Of a DNA stretch of 64,000 bases, positions 15,430 through 28,230 are shown piece after piece. The translations under genes and the position numbers were made by a program. Every line of letters begins with the position of its first letter. Within the stretch, counting starts at the first letter, position 1. This stretch comes from the human T2T-CHM13v2.0 reference genome, Homo sapiens, in the NCBI RefSeq assembly GCF_009914755.1, contig NC_060927.1; one strand, written 5' to 3'. The notes under the pieces are model-generated. The model did not search any database and was not told the DNA's origin. It saw only the letters and a program-made list of their open reading frames with translations.

Positions 15430-16482
15430 GTATTACTCAGTTTTAATTTAATGAGAGAAATGTCTTGGGAATGTTTCTGAGGATACTAATTATAATTTGT
15501 TTTTATGTTTATAGCTATATTATCTTTTCCCCTAGAGTCAGTCTCTTTGGTCATCTTGGGCCTTCTCTTATGTGCTAATGGTTTTTACTCAAGAGAATTG
15601 TGTTCCTGCTTGTCCAGTTGTGTTTATGAATGAAAGATTACATTAGAATAGGTTACTGGCAAAAGATATTAGCACAGGTTACAGGAACGCTTTCCAAACA
15701 ATCTCTCTTTTGAATAAGAGTGTGAACCATCTCTTTATAAATGGAGCTGACATTTCAACAGGTAAAGCTCACTAGAAGAAATCTGGGAAAGAAGCAGGGA
15801 GTGTGAGTGTGGACTCCAACTGCCAAATAAATGGGATTTTACTCTGGAAATGTGAAGTAATTTCATTTATTTTACTTATCTGCCTATTTGTCCCTGCCCC
15901 TTACTCCACCATCTCACTATATATTTTTTTCTTTTTTTCTGTTTAAGGGATTCAGCTGACACTTCAATCTGTTTGCTACTCTATCAGGGTAAACGCCCTA
16001 TCTAATTTCTTCTGAATTTATATCTATCAATTAATTTAAGCAAAGTTCTTGAGATTTGTGCTGTGGGCAAGAGTTGCTGTTCTATTTATAGAGAGTAAAG
16101 TGAAAGTGTCCTAACAGTCAAGTTATTTCAATACAGTTTCTAAATAAATTAATCTGATGCTTCCTGTCCCAACCATTCTCCATCCTGCACTGTTGATTCT
16201 TGACTTCTTTTGCTGAAGTTTCCTTGAGTAGAGCCTCGCTTAGGTCTAGTGACTTGAGTCATGATATCCTTTGCTCTGATTTCTGCCCCATTCACATTGT
16301 ATGTTCTATCAACATTCCTAAAAATACTCAGGACTTCCCAGGGGAACCTCTCACGTATACAAACATTGCTGTTGTTGAAATAATTTTATAATTATTAAAT
16401 AACAACATTTATATGTAATTTCTGTAATGTCTTAAATAAAGTTGAAGAGAGATATTCTGGTTTCACCATCAAGAACTAGAAG
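15430..16482 (-). mobile_element. old L1ME/HAL1 5' region
   Basis: Pyrimidine-rich decayed tract ending CACCATCAAGAACTAGAAGT, resembling reverse L1M 5' terminus. Confidence 0.45.
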
Positions 16483-17699
16483 TATTAATCAAATATGCAA
16501 TGAAATGATTTTAAAAGAAAGTTTACTATTATAACAAAACTTACTGATTCAATGAAAAATACCTCAGGATGTGCATTATCATATGAAATACTTTGTCCTC
16601 AAAACCTATTTAATCAATGATCTGACTCTGAACAATAATTTTGTGTTGGTATATTTTCTGATGGCTTATCTACTTTCTATCCTCCTATTTGTCAACAGCA
16701 AATGAGATCTGCTATTGTCTATAATTTTCCATTAGAGAGCAAATAGATTGTAATTCTGCCAAACAACATTTTTAAGTAGAATTAGAAGCGTAAAATCTGA
16801 TTTTAATTGTTTAAGATTTCTAAACTTGACAAAAATATGGCCTAATTATAGAACTAGATTTGTCAAATCTGTAGGATAGAAATATTTTCTTCTATCTTAA
16901 TGCTTATATGTATAAGATATCCTTATATCTAAAAAATGTAACTTTCCTTAAGATGACTGCAAATCTGGAGTCAACTAACTCAGAGAATCAAGCACTTAAC
17001 TGTTCATCATTCAGAGTCTGACAAAATTAAGTACTGTTACCAGTATCTTTGGAAATGACCATTAAGATATATCATGCCTCTCTCTAATAAACTTGTAACA
17101 GATACAAAATTGCTTATGGGAATTCTTTCCAGAATACCATCTCTAAACTGGACAGCTGGTAAGAAAACTGGTCTATGTCATCTCAGAATAGATCATTTAT
17201 TTTTTACCCTTCTCAAGAGATTACCCCTTTGGCAACCAAACAGTTATTGCCATCTGCAGCAGGTAAACAACATAAATATCATGTTAAATTCTGATGAATT
17301 TCAGTGGTCAAAATAAATATTTGCAGTTTTTTGGTGAAAATTGTACATATATTTACAAATTGACCCCCTCCCCATGATCTCTTTCCCCCTCTCTTTTTCA
17401 AGTATGTTACCACTTTCCTTCTCAGAGATGTCTAAGTTAGTGTCAGGAATTAGCCATTTAATGTAATCATAAATCACCCCAAGAGATATTAAATAACCAT
17501 ATTTCAAACTGAGATCTGTGGTTTAAGTTTCATTATTATAGTATTCCAATTTAGTCAGCATCCAAAAGATACAATCTTATATCAAATTTCATGAATTTCC
17601 CCTCTGTTTTCCTTTTCTCTCCCTTTGCTCAGCAATAAAGCCCATGTAATCATTGTATACTACGCATATGGGTTAGCAATGACTCAAAATTACCATACG

Positions 17700-18420
17700 T
17701 GTTTTAAGTAATAAGACAATTTTGGATTTTCTACTTTCTAAGACCACCTATACTTTAATACTTCATTCAGGGTTTTTCATGACTGTAGTCATGATTAGAA
17801 AAATGCCTAGAACCTTGAATAATTGCTTATAGAACAGCCTCTTCCTCATCAATAAAATATGTGTGGGAGGCTTTACATGAGACAGAAATAAACGTATTTT
17901 GTTACCTCACTGAGATTTCAGAGTTTATCAGTTGCAAAAACTAGTGTTATTCTCTCTAAAACAGATATAGGTATCGGAAGTGGTAGAAGAAACTTAAAAT
18001 GTATTTTACTGTTTTCCTAATTAAGAAATGGGTGATGATGAATTTCCTAATAAAGACTAAACAGATGGGCAACTAATATATTTGGAAAAACATTTGGAGA
18101 TGTATGACCTATGATAATTTGGAAGGTAGACCATATATCTTCTGAGGCTGATACTCAGAACTCCAGCGGTTGGGAAGAGTCAGTATAATGGTATACATTG
18201 GCTTCTGATTTTGATGAGTCATTACATGATTGATATGACCTCAAATAAGAATGGTTTTTATTTTGGTGGCCAAAATCAGTGGAAATAGATTTAAGAAAAA
18301 TAAAACCTGTAAAAGAGAAGAATCAGAAAATCCAATTGGTTGTAGACCTTAAACAGTTAAGATATAAGACTAAGGGAGACCTTAACAGTCAAACCTATGA
18401 AGATTCAACTCAGCAATAAA
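17700..18420 (+). mobile_element. MLT1 LTR 3' part plus start of MLT1 internal sequence
   Basis: GAAATAAACGTATTTTGTTACC.CACTGAGATTT..TAAAACA followed directly by GATATAGGTATCGGAAGTGG (MaLR-int start), junction about 17964. Confidence 0.6.
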
Positions 18421-18421
18421 A

Positions 18422-19384
18422 GTCAGTTTATTCATTATCTGTCACTGCATAACAAATTACTCTATGTAATGGTCTGAATTATTGTCCCCAAAGACATCAG
18501 GTCCTAATCTCTAGACTCTCTGAATGTTACCATATACAATAAAGCTTCTCTATATCTGATTAACTTAAGGGTTTTGAAATGAGATTTATCTTGGACTATC
18601 CATGCAATCGTTAAATTTCACTACAAATGTCTTTATAAAGAAAGGCAGAAACAAATTAGACACAGGGAAGACAAAGCAAAAATGGAGGCAGCAATTTGAG
18701 CAATGAATGCCAGAAGCCACCAGAAGCTAAAGGAAGCAAACAACAGATTCTCTCTAAAGTTTCCAGAGGAAGTGTGGCCCCAATAGTACCTTGACTTTGA
18801 CCCCCCAGTGAAATTGATTTCAGGTTTCTAGACTCCAAAATAGTGAGAGAATAAATTTCTGTTGTTTTAAGCTACCAAGTTGTGGCAATTTGTTATCACA
18901 GACATAGGAAACAAATATACCTTAAGATTTGGCAACTAAAAACAGTAAATATCTACTTTCTCACCATTCCTTTGAATCAGGAATTCAACAGTGTCTCAAC
19001 TATATTCTGGCGAAGGGTCTCTTACAAGTCCATGATCAAGGTGTCTGTGTTAAACTCAAAGTTCAACTGGGGAAGGATCTCTTTCCAGGCTCACTGACGC
19101 GGCTATTGGCAGGTCTCAGAAAATCAGCATCTAAGCTCACTCATGCAGTGCTTCATGGCAGCTGTCTTCCTCATAGTGAGCAATCAGAAAGACCACAAGA
19201 GATCACTAAGATGGAAGCCACGTTCTTTTTCTAACTACACCTCCAAAGCGAAATCTCTTTATAGATGTATTAGTTAGAAGTGAGTCAATAAGTCCATCTT
19301 ACATTAAAGGAGACCAGATTGTACAGGGCGTGAATACCGGGAGGTAGGAATCGCTGGGGGCCATGTTTCGGGCTGACTACCACA
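18422..19384 (-). mobile_element. MLT1F-like LTR split by a second MaLR LTR
   Basis: CTGCATAACAAATTAC at left; resumes at 18920; ends GGGCGTGAATACCGGGAGGTAGGAATCGCTGGGGGCCATG..GGCTGACTACCACA. Confidence 0.75.
18465..18919 (+). mobile_element. MLT1C-like solo LTR
   Basis: TGTAATGGTCTGAATT..CCACCAGAAGCTA..GAGAGAATAAATTTCTGTTGTTTTAAGCTACCAAGTTGTGGCAATTTGTTA..GGAAACAAATATA. Confidence 0.85.
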
Positions 19385-19519
19385 TAAGCATAGGTTTTAT
19401 GTGAAAATACTTAGAAACACTGAATAAAATGTGTTTCATTTTAGCCCAGGAGTAGGTGGGAATAAGAGGACTGGGTGTTGCTGTGGGCCCAGATAACGGG
19501 TTGCATGTTAGAATCCAGT

Positions 19520-20055
19520 GTACAATTCTGAATATTCCAAAAAGGGTAAAACTATACAAACAAAAACAAGATTATTGCTTGCCAGAGGCTGAGGATAGGG
19601 ATAATAGACAACTGACTACAAAGTGGCACTTTTGGGGTAATGAAATATTCTGTATCTTAGTTGTGGTTGTAGTTACCACAACTGTATACATTTATCTAAA
19701 GAAATCAAATTATACTCTAAAATGGGTCAATTCAGAGTACATAAATCATAAACAAAAAATACTACCTCAATGCAAACCGGATCAATATTCAAAGTACAAG
19801 TAAGTTGATTCATATGCAAAAATTTCTGGTGAAAGAAAGATGAAAATATTCCAAATTATTTTATAATGTTAGAATAACCTGAGCCTCAAAGCCAGAGAAA
19901 AAGACTAAACAAAATGATCAGAAAACTAGAGGTATATCTCTTTCATAAACATGGATACATAAGCTCTAAACAGAATATTAGCAAGACAAATACTTAAAAA
20001 TATAAAAAGGGTAAGATACCTCTCAACAAATTAGAAATAGGAAGGAATTTCCTTT
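19520..20055 (+). mobile_element. old L1M 3' end followed by ORF2 fragments
   Basis: TTGCCAGAGGCTGAGG..GGGGTAATGAAATATTCTGTATCTT..ACTGTATACATTT; then CTCAACAAATTAGAAATAGGAAGGAATTTCC. Confidence 0.65.
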
Positions 20056-20379
20056 CGTTTACTTTAAAAGATTGTAGTTTCTATTGACTACCAGAGAGTG
20101 TTTTTGCAAACAGTAACCATGATGGATTTAAAAAGAAAACAAAACAAAACATTTTTTTTCCAAGCTCAGAATAATAGAGTACTACTACGAATGAATTCAT
20201 TTAATTTGTCAGATCATTTTGGTTGCTTATCTGTCATCATTTATTTCTTGTTAATAAAGTCCAATTTTGTTCAGAGTGGCATTTGTGTCTTTCTACACAT
20301 CACAAAGCAAAACCAGTTTGAGCTGTCAATACAATCCTGTATTCCTTTGCGAGATGTAGGACTTACCAGCTTCCCACTG

Positions 20380-20775
20380 CTACCAGTTATGGCCATATGT
20401 TCCTATTGTGTCAAATGGAACACAGGGCATGGACACTATTTGATTGAAGTTGCTTCTAGGAAAACTTACGAACAAAAAGAAGCATACCTTTTTCTTCTTG
20501 GCAAAAAGAAGGCAGCACCTTTCCTAGCTTGAATGTGAATGTAATGTCCAAAAGTGAAGCAGTCATCCTGCACTCATGATACAGAGAGTAACTGGCTGAG
20601 GATGATATACAGAATAATGACAACAGCCTAGTTACTTGAAGGCATTGTTAAGCTACCATACAGTACTCAGCTGTCTCTAGACTTCTTATCATGAGGCATT
20701 AGTAATGCCTTTATTGCTTTAAGCATGTTTAAGTAGAAAATTTTGCATTGCAAGCTGAAAGTGCTCTGATAGAAC
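20380..20775 (+). mobile_element. old MLT1 LTR (MLT1K-like)
   Basis: TGAATGTGAATGTAATGTC..GCAGTCATCCTGCAC.CATGA..CTAGACTTCTTA..TTATTGCTTTAAGC. Confidence 0.5.
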
Positions 20776-20929
20776 TACTAATCATACCAAGTTATCTTCT
20801 AATTAAATTATCCTATTTCCAACTAATGAGAAAGGAGACAGTGGTGGCTTGGTCCTTTTTCCTTGCAGTAAAAATTATTCAATTCAAAAATCTTATACTT
20901 GAAAATAATCTATTTTCTCAAAGAATATA

Positions 20930-21460
20930 TGTTTTAGTCATGGATTCCCATGTAACACACTAATACTAAATTAAGTGGCTTAAAACAATGATTTATCATT
21001 TATCAATATGTCTTATTTTGTGAGTTAGCAGACTTATCTAGATATTATTTCTGTTGCACAGGGAGTTGGCTTAGGATATAAGCATGTATTTATTTAGCTG
21101 CTTTTTGCGGGGTGGGTGACTGGTACAGTACATTCAAGGTGTCTTCATTCACACTCATGGCACCTCTGCTGTGGTGTCTAAATGCCTGTGGGCTGGCTGG
21201 ATTTTCTCCTATCTCATCACTCATTTATTTTGCCAGAGCTTCTTTACTTTGTGACTGGTTTTCAAAAGAATGAAAATGGAAGCTGCCAAGTTTTCTTAAG
21301 GGGTAAACCCCAGGACTCACACATCATCACTTCTGCCCCATTCTCTTTGTCAAAATAAGTCATAAGGCCAGCAGCAATTCAAGAAAGAGGAAATAATTTC
21401 CATATCTTGGGAGTGATGATGGAATTTTTGGTGGCCAACTTGTAACTGGATAACCCATAA
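20930..21460 (-). mobile_element. MLT1 LTR (MLT1G/H-like)
   Basis: AGTGGCTTAAAACAATGATTTA..GGAAGCTGCCAAG..TCACTTCTGCCCCATTCT..GTCAAAATAAGTCATAAGGCCAGC. Confidence 0.7.
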
Positions 21461-22749
21461 AAAATGAATGCCATTAAGTCACTTGTAATAATAATTCCTC
21501 CTACCTTCATAATACTTTCTTTCATAACAATATATGTAATCTTATTGTAGTGTTTAAAGTAAAATTATTTTCCATTAAATCAAGAATTGCTAAAAACAAA
21601 GGGGGAAGATATGATTTAGATTCAAATATATATTACTTATTCTTTACAAATTCAAGATACATTTGACTTTATTTCAGAATGGAGATACAATATAAATTTT
21701 TTACATTGCTATTTTACAATGAAAATTTTTCTTTATTCAAATAGAAAACTTGTTTCTGAATTATTCAGAATATGAAGGTAATTGAAGAAAATTTCTCTAT
21801 TACCCAAAAGAGTACTTGAAGAAGTACTACAAGTAACAAGAGAGAGTCCAATAATGTCAAGTATGCTTATATATGCATGATTGCATTATTAAATTACAAT
21901 ACATGTCTTTTACTTTGTCTTAAAGAACTATTTGTATTCTAGGGTTTGTAAAGGACATTTTGGGGTAACTTACTATTTTCTTTTTTAAAGGAAGTTCCTG
22001 GAAGCTCAACATGAGAGAATTATCTAAAGTACCATGACCTATCAATTCAATATCTTTTTAAGGGCATAACAAGTAGCTTTTATATTCTATAAAATTCATT
22101 TTATCCAGTCCAGGAAATCTTTATCATTCATTGTGTCAACTTGGTTAAAAGATGAATACTTTAAAAATCCAAATTGCTGAAAATTAATAACACTTAGATA
22201 ATATTGTATTACATTTTATTTTTCGGCACTACATTCTACAAACCCTAAGTCTCTTCTACACTCAGGCATGTGCTAATATACATATATGCCATAAATACAT
22301 GTGTGTATGTATACACGTGCACATGCACACACATATGATCCATACAAAGAAAATTAAAAAATAGACCAGACTTAGAGAATCACTGTCACTACATCCATCA
22401 GAGTACAGCTGAGCTGGTAATTAAACTGCCACACTCCCACAGACAGGCCTGCAGCTATGTAGCACACATCCCAAGAATATGACTGGATCTAGATTCATAT
22501 TAAAAAACACAATTAAATAGGCTTACTTCAGACAGATTCAATCTCTCCACTCATAGAGTGCAAATTATGAAATTTTGGCCAAGAGGAGTAGCGAAATACC
22601 CAATCACTATCAAACAGTATGTACAAGGATAGAAGCTAAAAATGATATTGTGTATTTTAAAGCATTCATCCTTCAGATTACGAGTTAAAACTTTACAAAA
22701 ATTGACTTATAGCATTGGAGTGTATAACAGTAAACTATAATAAGATGTA

Positions 22750-22793
22750 TAGTCTCATAATAATAATGTCTAGTCTCATAATAATAATGTCTA
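22750..22793. repeat. perfect 21-bp tandem duplication TAGTCTCATAATAATAATGTC x2
   Basis: Read directly: copies at 22750-22770 and 22771-22791, plus TA. Confidence 0.95.
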
Positions 22794-24315
22794 CTGGTGC
22801 CTATTAATAATATTCTGGCTTTATTTTTGACCCAAGAAAAGTTAAGTCAGAATCAATCTCCTTGGCCATTCCTAGAAAAAGTTAAACTAAAATTCAAAAT
22901 GACCGACAATATTACATAGCATATAGGCTGCTACTACGGATAAAAACTTCAATCCTTATAATCTCATTGAAGTCTATATAGTTCCCCAAAATAGCAGTTA
23001 CATCAGAGCTATTAAAAGGTAGATTTGCATAGTTAATTATATGTACATAGAGCTTATTTACTTTTACAGATGTTGTTCTACCCTACATCATTCTTTTTTG
23101 TCAATAGGAAAAAGTACCATTCACACTTTGGATGGAAACTTATGCAAGAGAATAGCATTTTCCACATTGCCTAAAATAAAAGAAATTATAGCTGTAAAAC
23201 ATATGTCTCTTAAACTCCTTGGCCAATGCCTTCCACCTCAAGTACATCATCACCGACTCCCTTTTGATGGAATATTCCAAAAAGTTTCCTGTATGGTTTG
23301 CTGCCACTCTTTGTTTCGCAATAAAATAGGTAGCTCTAAGCCCATAATCCCAGTGGAAACTTAGTATAGCGAAATAAGATACCAGAAGATGCATTACTAG
23401 CACATCTCTGCATTCAGCTAGTTGATTGCTCGCATGGTCTCCAAGTAAGAATTTTGTTCCATTGACTTTGAAATTCTATAGAGAGTTCTTCTTGGGTGTC
23501 TGACCTAAGATAATAAATAAGAACCACAGCAGACAAATTGGAGCTATAATTGTTCTATAACTTATTCTTCCCTATTGACCTCACTGTTGTGCATTGTAAG
23601 TTAGGTACTTGAGGATTTTTTGCCTATATAATCTTTGATGGAATAATAAACGTATTCTCTTTTTCTAAATCATTATCTTGATTTTGGTTCACAGCCTTCC
23701 TCTGACTTATGATGCTATAAATCAGGATTCATAGCCTATGTCTAGATCCCAGCAACTTTTGACAACAAGCTGTTGGAAACTCCTCAGGTTTGACCACTCT
23801 TTCTGCATTTTCTGTCTGACTTTTCATTGACCCTTTTGTTTTTAGCCTTCAGCAATCTATATTTTATCAGTGATCCTTTGACACTACCAAGAACAGTGAG
23901 CACCTTGACCCTTTCCTTTTCATCTCCATCATTTGCATAACATGTTTACCATAATCTTCCTTATAGTGTAAGTAAAGTCAGTTCAAGTCTTCCAATAGCC
24001 ACCTTCTTCAAATCATGTTCCTGTCCATTGACTAATAAAGGCAAAATTCTCCATAGGGTGTATTTTCTACAAAGGGGACTCAAAGCTATATTTAATACTC
24101 AGATATATTTTGTTTAGTTAGCACATTGACATTGACAGAAAAATACAATTCAAATGCCCTTTGCCACTACCACTCACTACTGCCTTTTGCTTGCCCATTC
24201 ACAAAAGTGCATTATTCTTTTAGTTTGCAATCTCTACATTAATGCTGAAGATAAGAAGATAAGAAAGAATACCATACTTTACTTAACCTTCCCCACCTTC
24301 TTAAATGCAAACATA

Positions 24316-24831
24316 TGTCAACTGTGTCTTAGGAATCCAGACCTGGATTGTCTCCCACAGAATGATAATGTTTAATTTTCTCCCAGTGGGTTAGGGTCAA
24401 ATGATATACAGCTCATGCATGGGGATTCATCTCACTGCCAAGGAGGCCTTAACTAAATGCTCCCTTTTTATGGACATAGGGAGATTAAGAAAGGGATACA
24501 GGGAAGGTCTAGGAGAACTGATTCCGAGTGGAAAATGTGCCTCGGCCAAGGTGTCCCAAATAAAAGGAGGCCTCCAAATGAAAGTGCCTGGAGTAGGAGC
24601 GGAGATAGGCGTATGAGTATGGCTGACCCAGGGGAAGAGGTGTTGAATTCCTGACTGCAACTCTCTCAGATGCCTGCAATTCACTGGATGTGCATCACGT
24701 CTGGTGTGAGGAGGGCAGTCCCTGCCTTTCCACACCATCCACAGGCCTGTCAGGCAAAGCCTTACAATTTTCTGCGGCTAGGCCTACAAGATTACACTTA
24801 CGGTTTTGGCCTGGAGCTGCACTTCTCAACA
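24316..24831 (-). mobile_element. probable ERVL-class solo LTR (family uncertain)
   Basis: About 516-bp GC-elevated block with TG..CA termini (minus strand TGTTGAGAAG..CACAGTTGACA), ATAAAA TATA-like and ATTAAA polyA-like motifs on minus strand; TSD not convincing. Confidence 0.45.
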
Positions 24832-24879
24832 ACTTGTAATTTTTTTGTTGAAAACCAGACCTGTCGTTTTCAGTAACAG

Positions 24880-26175
24880 AAACTGAGCTGAATAGGCCTT
24901 CATTCAGTGTGAGATTTTATGTGAATCTGACTAACACGCTGTGTTTAATGGTTTTTCTACCTGTGGGTACCAAGGTATTCAAATTCCTCTAGGGTCCTAG
25001 GTTTTTCTCTCCTTTTGACTTTGGGTTTCCCTAAGTATGACACAGGAGGGTTGTCTGTGATATAGTTTGAATATTTGTCCCCACCAAATCTCATGTTGAA
25101 ATTTGATCCCCAGTGTTGGAAATGGGGCCTGATGGGAGGTGTTTGGGTCATGGGGGTGGATCTCTCATGAATGGCTTGGTGCTTTCCTTGGGGCAACGAG
25201 TGAGTTTTGCTCCATTAGTTTTTGAAAAAACTGATTGCTAAAGAAAGCCTGGAATCTCTTCACCTCTCTCTTGTTCCCTTGCTTCCTCTCTCACCACCTG
25301 CTTCCCCTCCAATTTCCATCAGGAGTGGAAGCAGCCTGAGTTTCCCACCAGAAGCAGATGCTGGTGCTATGCTTCTTGTACAGTCTACAAAACTGTGAGC
25401 CAAATAAACCTCTTTTCTTTATAAATTATCCAGCCTCAGATATTCCTTTATAGCAATGCAAAATAGACTAATACACTCTGTCTTGCAACTCTTTCAACTG
25501 TAATCCACTGTTATTATGCTGGAGCTCTCTTGGTCTTTTATTGGGCCTGTGAATATCTCATGTATTTTGGAAATCAACCTGATTTATCAAGTTGAGAAAT
25601 CAACTTTTTTGATTTCTCCCTTAGATGAGACAGAAAGGTTAGAGGACACAAGATTGGGAGTAGTGTCCTTCCGCAGCTGGAATAGGGTATAGTAAATTCT
25701 TTTGCCATGGAGGACAGGCTCTTGTTATTGGGAATACCTGGCATATTTCACAGTGATTACTCTTCCCTTTCTCCTGTCAAAGACACAAAGGAATCTTTCT
25801 TTGTGATATTCGCTGTGTGAACCTGGCTGGTTTCCTGGATGTAAAGCCCTTGAAAGTACAGAAGTTTCCCCCAAACTGTGGCTTTTAGAAGTTCCTCACT
25901 CTCATGCTAATCCACAGCCTCTAGCAATTCATCAAAATTACCATTTATGTATGTGTTATGGCTTTTATACCTTGAAATATAATATACACATACCATTTAT
26001 GTGTCAGGTTATGGCTTCAGCGTCTTTTGCTTCAGGAAAAAAAAAAAATCTGAGCTGTGGATCTTTTCACTTGCCTCTCCAGGTACCAGAATGACAATTT
26101 GCCTTGCAACGTTTGTTCTATGATGTGTCCAAGAAAAGTCACTGATTTTAAGTGTGTTAAGCTTTTTCTTGTTGT
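24880..26175 (-). mobile_element. L1MC/MD 5' end, interrupted by an MST LTR
   Basis: TTCAGTGTGAGATTTTATGTGAATCTG..TTTGGGTTTCCCTA..TCTAGCAATTCATCAAAATTACCATTTA..CCAAGAAAAGTCACTGATTTT. Confidence 0.65.
25058..25475 (+). mobile_element. MST (MSTB-like) MaLR solo LTR
   Basis: TGATATAGTTTGAATATTTGTCCCCACCAAATCTCATGTTGAAAT..GAGCCAAATAAACCTCTTTTC..GACTAATACA; 5-bp TSD GTCTG/CTCTG. Confidence 0.92.
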
Positions 26176-26199
26176 ATTATCATGGCTAAAACTGGAAGC

Positions 26200-26487
26200 C
26201 TTCAGCATCTTTTTTTCTTCCCTTTCCAATAGCTTAAAATGTGAACATGATGCAATGTAGATAAGGAAACGGAAGTTACATTTTGAAGTTGGCAGCACAC
26301 TGAAAGAGAAGGAGACTGGGTCTCTGATGACATACATCATGGAGCAACCACTCAACCAGCTCTGGACTCCTGATGATTCAAAATATTCACACTAAAGAGA
26401 AGTTGAATTCCATGTTGTTTAGGTCGTGGCACTTGAGGATTCCTTTTTATTTTTATAAAAGAAGCCTAAACAAACCCTGACTAATAA
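26200..26487 (+). mobile_element. MLT1 LTR fragment (MLT1I/J-like)
   Basis: GAAGGAGACTGGGTCTCTGATGAC..ATGGAGCAACCA..CCAGCTCTGGACT..CCCTGACTAATA. Confidence 0.6.
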
Positions 26488-26815
26488 AGTGGTATTTACA
26501 TTATTACTTTGGATCTACCATTGCTGATCTGGTTTTCTTTTCCTTTTTCCTGAATACTATTTTTACAAACAAACAACATTTATTTTTTCACAAAACTATA
26601 GCTTATGAAACATCCACTTTAGTTTTATTGAGAATCCTTAATGAATCTCCTTCAAATATTTCTACTCCGGAATTTTATTCACTAAATATATTAAATTCTT
26701 AAGATTCTGTAATTATGTCATAGCAAAGCAAGTACACCCTCTGCAGTCTGAAATAAGCACTCTAATTTATAGTCATGCTTTAAAATTTCCTTCCAACAAA
26801 TATGAGACAAACAAA

Positions 26816-26864
26816 AAGTTCTGGTGTCCAGAAATGTTAAGTTCTGGTGTACAGAAATGTTAAG
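26816..26864. repeat. 23-bp tandem duplication AAGTTCTGGTGT(C/A)CAGAAATGTT x2
   Basis: Read directly; one mismatch; abuts the AluY insertion site. Confidence 0.9.
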
Positions 26865-26872
26865 AAGTGCTC

Positions 26873-27171
<299 letters not shown>

Positions 27172-27289
27172 AAGTGCTCCCCCGAAAAGAAAAACACACA
27201 CACAAAAACCCCAGATATTTTCATGCAATAAAATACATTTAGGCAGTACTGCAAACTAAATTCTCTAAGATTTACACTGCTCTTTTGTA

Positions 27290-28230
27290 TATGCTTTAAA
27301 ATTTGAGTTAGTTTATCCTAATTATTGGGGACTTTCTATTTATTGGATTATAGCCAAGAATTATTCCCATTTTTTTTTCCAATAAGTATCCCCCAATACC
27401 CTGTGCCAATTCCCTTTGTTTAATTGGGTACATATTACATTTTAAAAAGTATGACTCAATAACTCTATATTCAGTTTACATAATAAAGAATAATCTTAGT
27501 CTAAATAGTCCTGTTCATTTCAAAATTTCAATTTCAAACTCAATTGAAACTTTCCTCTTTCCCTTCCGCAAGCTTAGGCTAAAGTGTGGTTCTAGCACTT
27601 TGTTTAGAGGAGGGAAGCACTTAGTGTAGCCCTTCAATGTCTCTTACTTTTCCTCTTTTAACTGTGTCAAGCTTCTTCAGTATTGAAATGAAAAGGAGGG
27701 AAATGCAATATTGCAAAAAAAAATCTTTCTTGATTGAGTGAGCTAGCAAACATCTCTCTGTTGATACTTCTACTTCTCTGACTAATACTGACATAGTGCT
27801 ATTTAGGCCGCAAAATGAATGTCAGTTTTTGGAAATGACAGGAAACTTCAGGACATTCACACAAAAGAAAAATGGCGATTTGTGGCAGCCACCCAAGTTC
27901 TAGCTCTGTGCTTGAACACATGTGGATTCTTTACAGAGTATGAAAAGAAGCCTTCCTACTGCACTTTCCTGATGGGGAAAAATTCCACTCCACTCACTTC
28001 TTTTTACTGAGGTCCCTTTAGTCAGGGAATATCCTACTTGGGTGGAAAATTAAGACTACAAGACCTGGCTATCTTCCATGCTGTTTGCTTGATTCAGGAA
28101 AACTCACTATCTATCCGGTTTTTAATGGTGAGCATGAGACATACAAGCTCCTTTGCTCCTGACTCCACCATCTTTTTGCTAGTTATTTTCTTCTGAGTAA
28201 GTAACACAGCAGTAGGTCAGCAAGTTGGCT
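27290..28230 (-). mobile_element. probable MamGypLTR1-type ancient LTR
   Basis: Reverse GGGAAAGAGGAAAGTTTCAATTGAGTTTGAAATTGAAATTTTGAAATGAACAGGACT resembles the family as I recall it; boundaries rough. Confidence 0.45.

Noticed and set aside
20098-20532. Longest ORF (144 aa)
   Set aside because: Non-ATG start, no recognisable domain, runs into an MLT1 LTR
23041-23403. Possible transposase remnant in overlapping ORFs
   Set aside because: Neither strand's translation showed a recognisable transposase motif, and no TIRs were found
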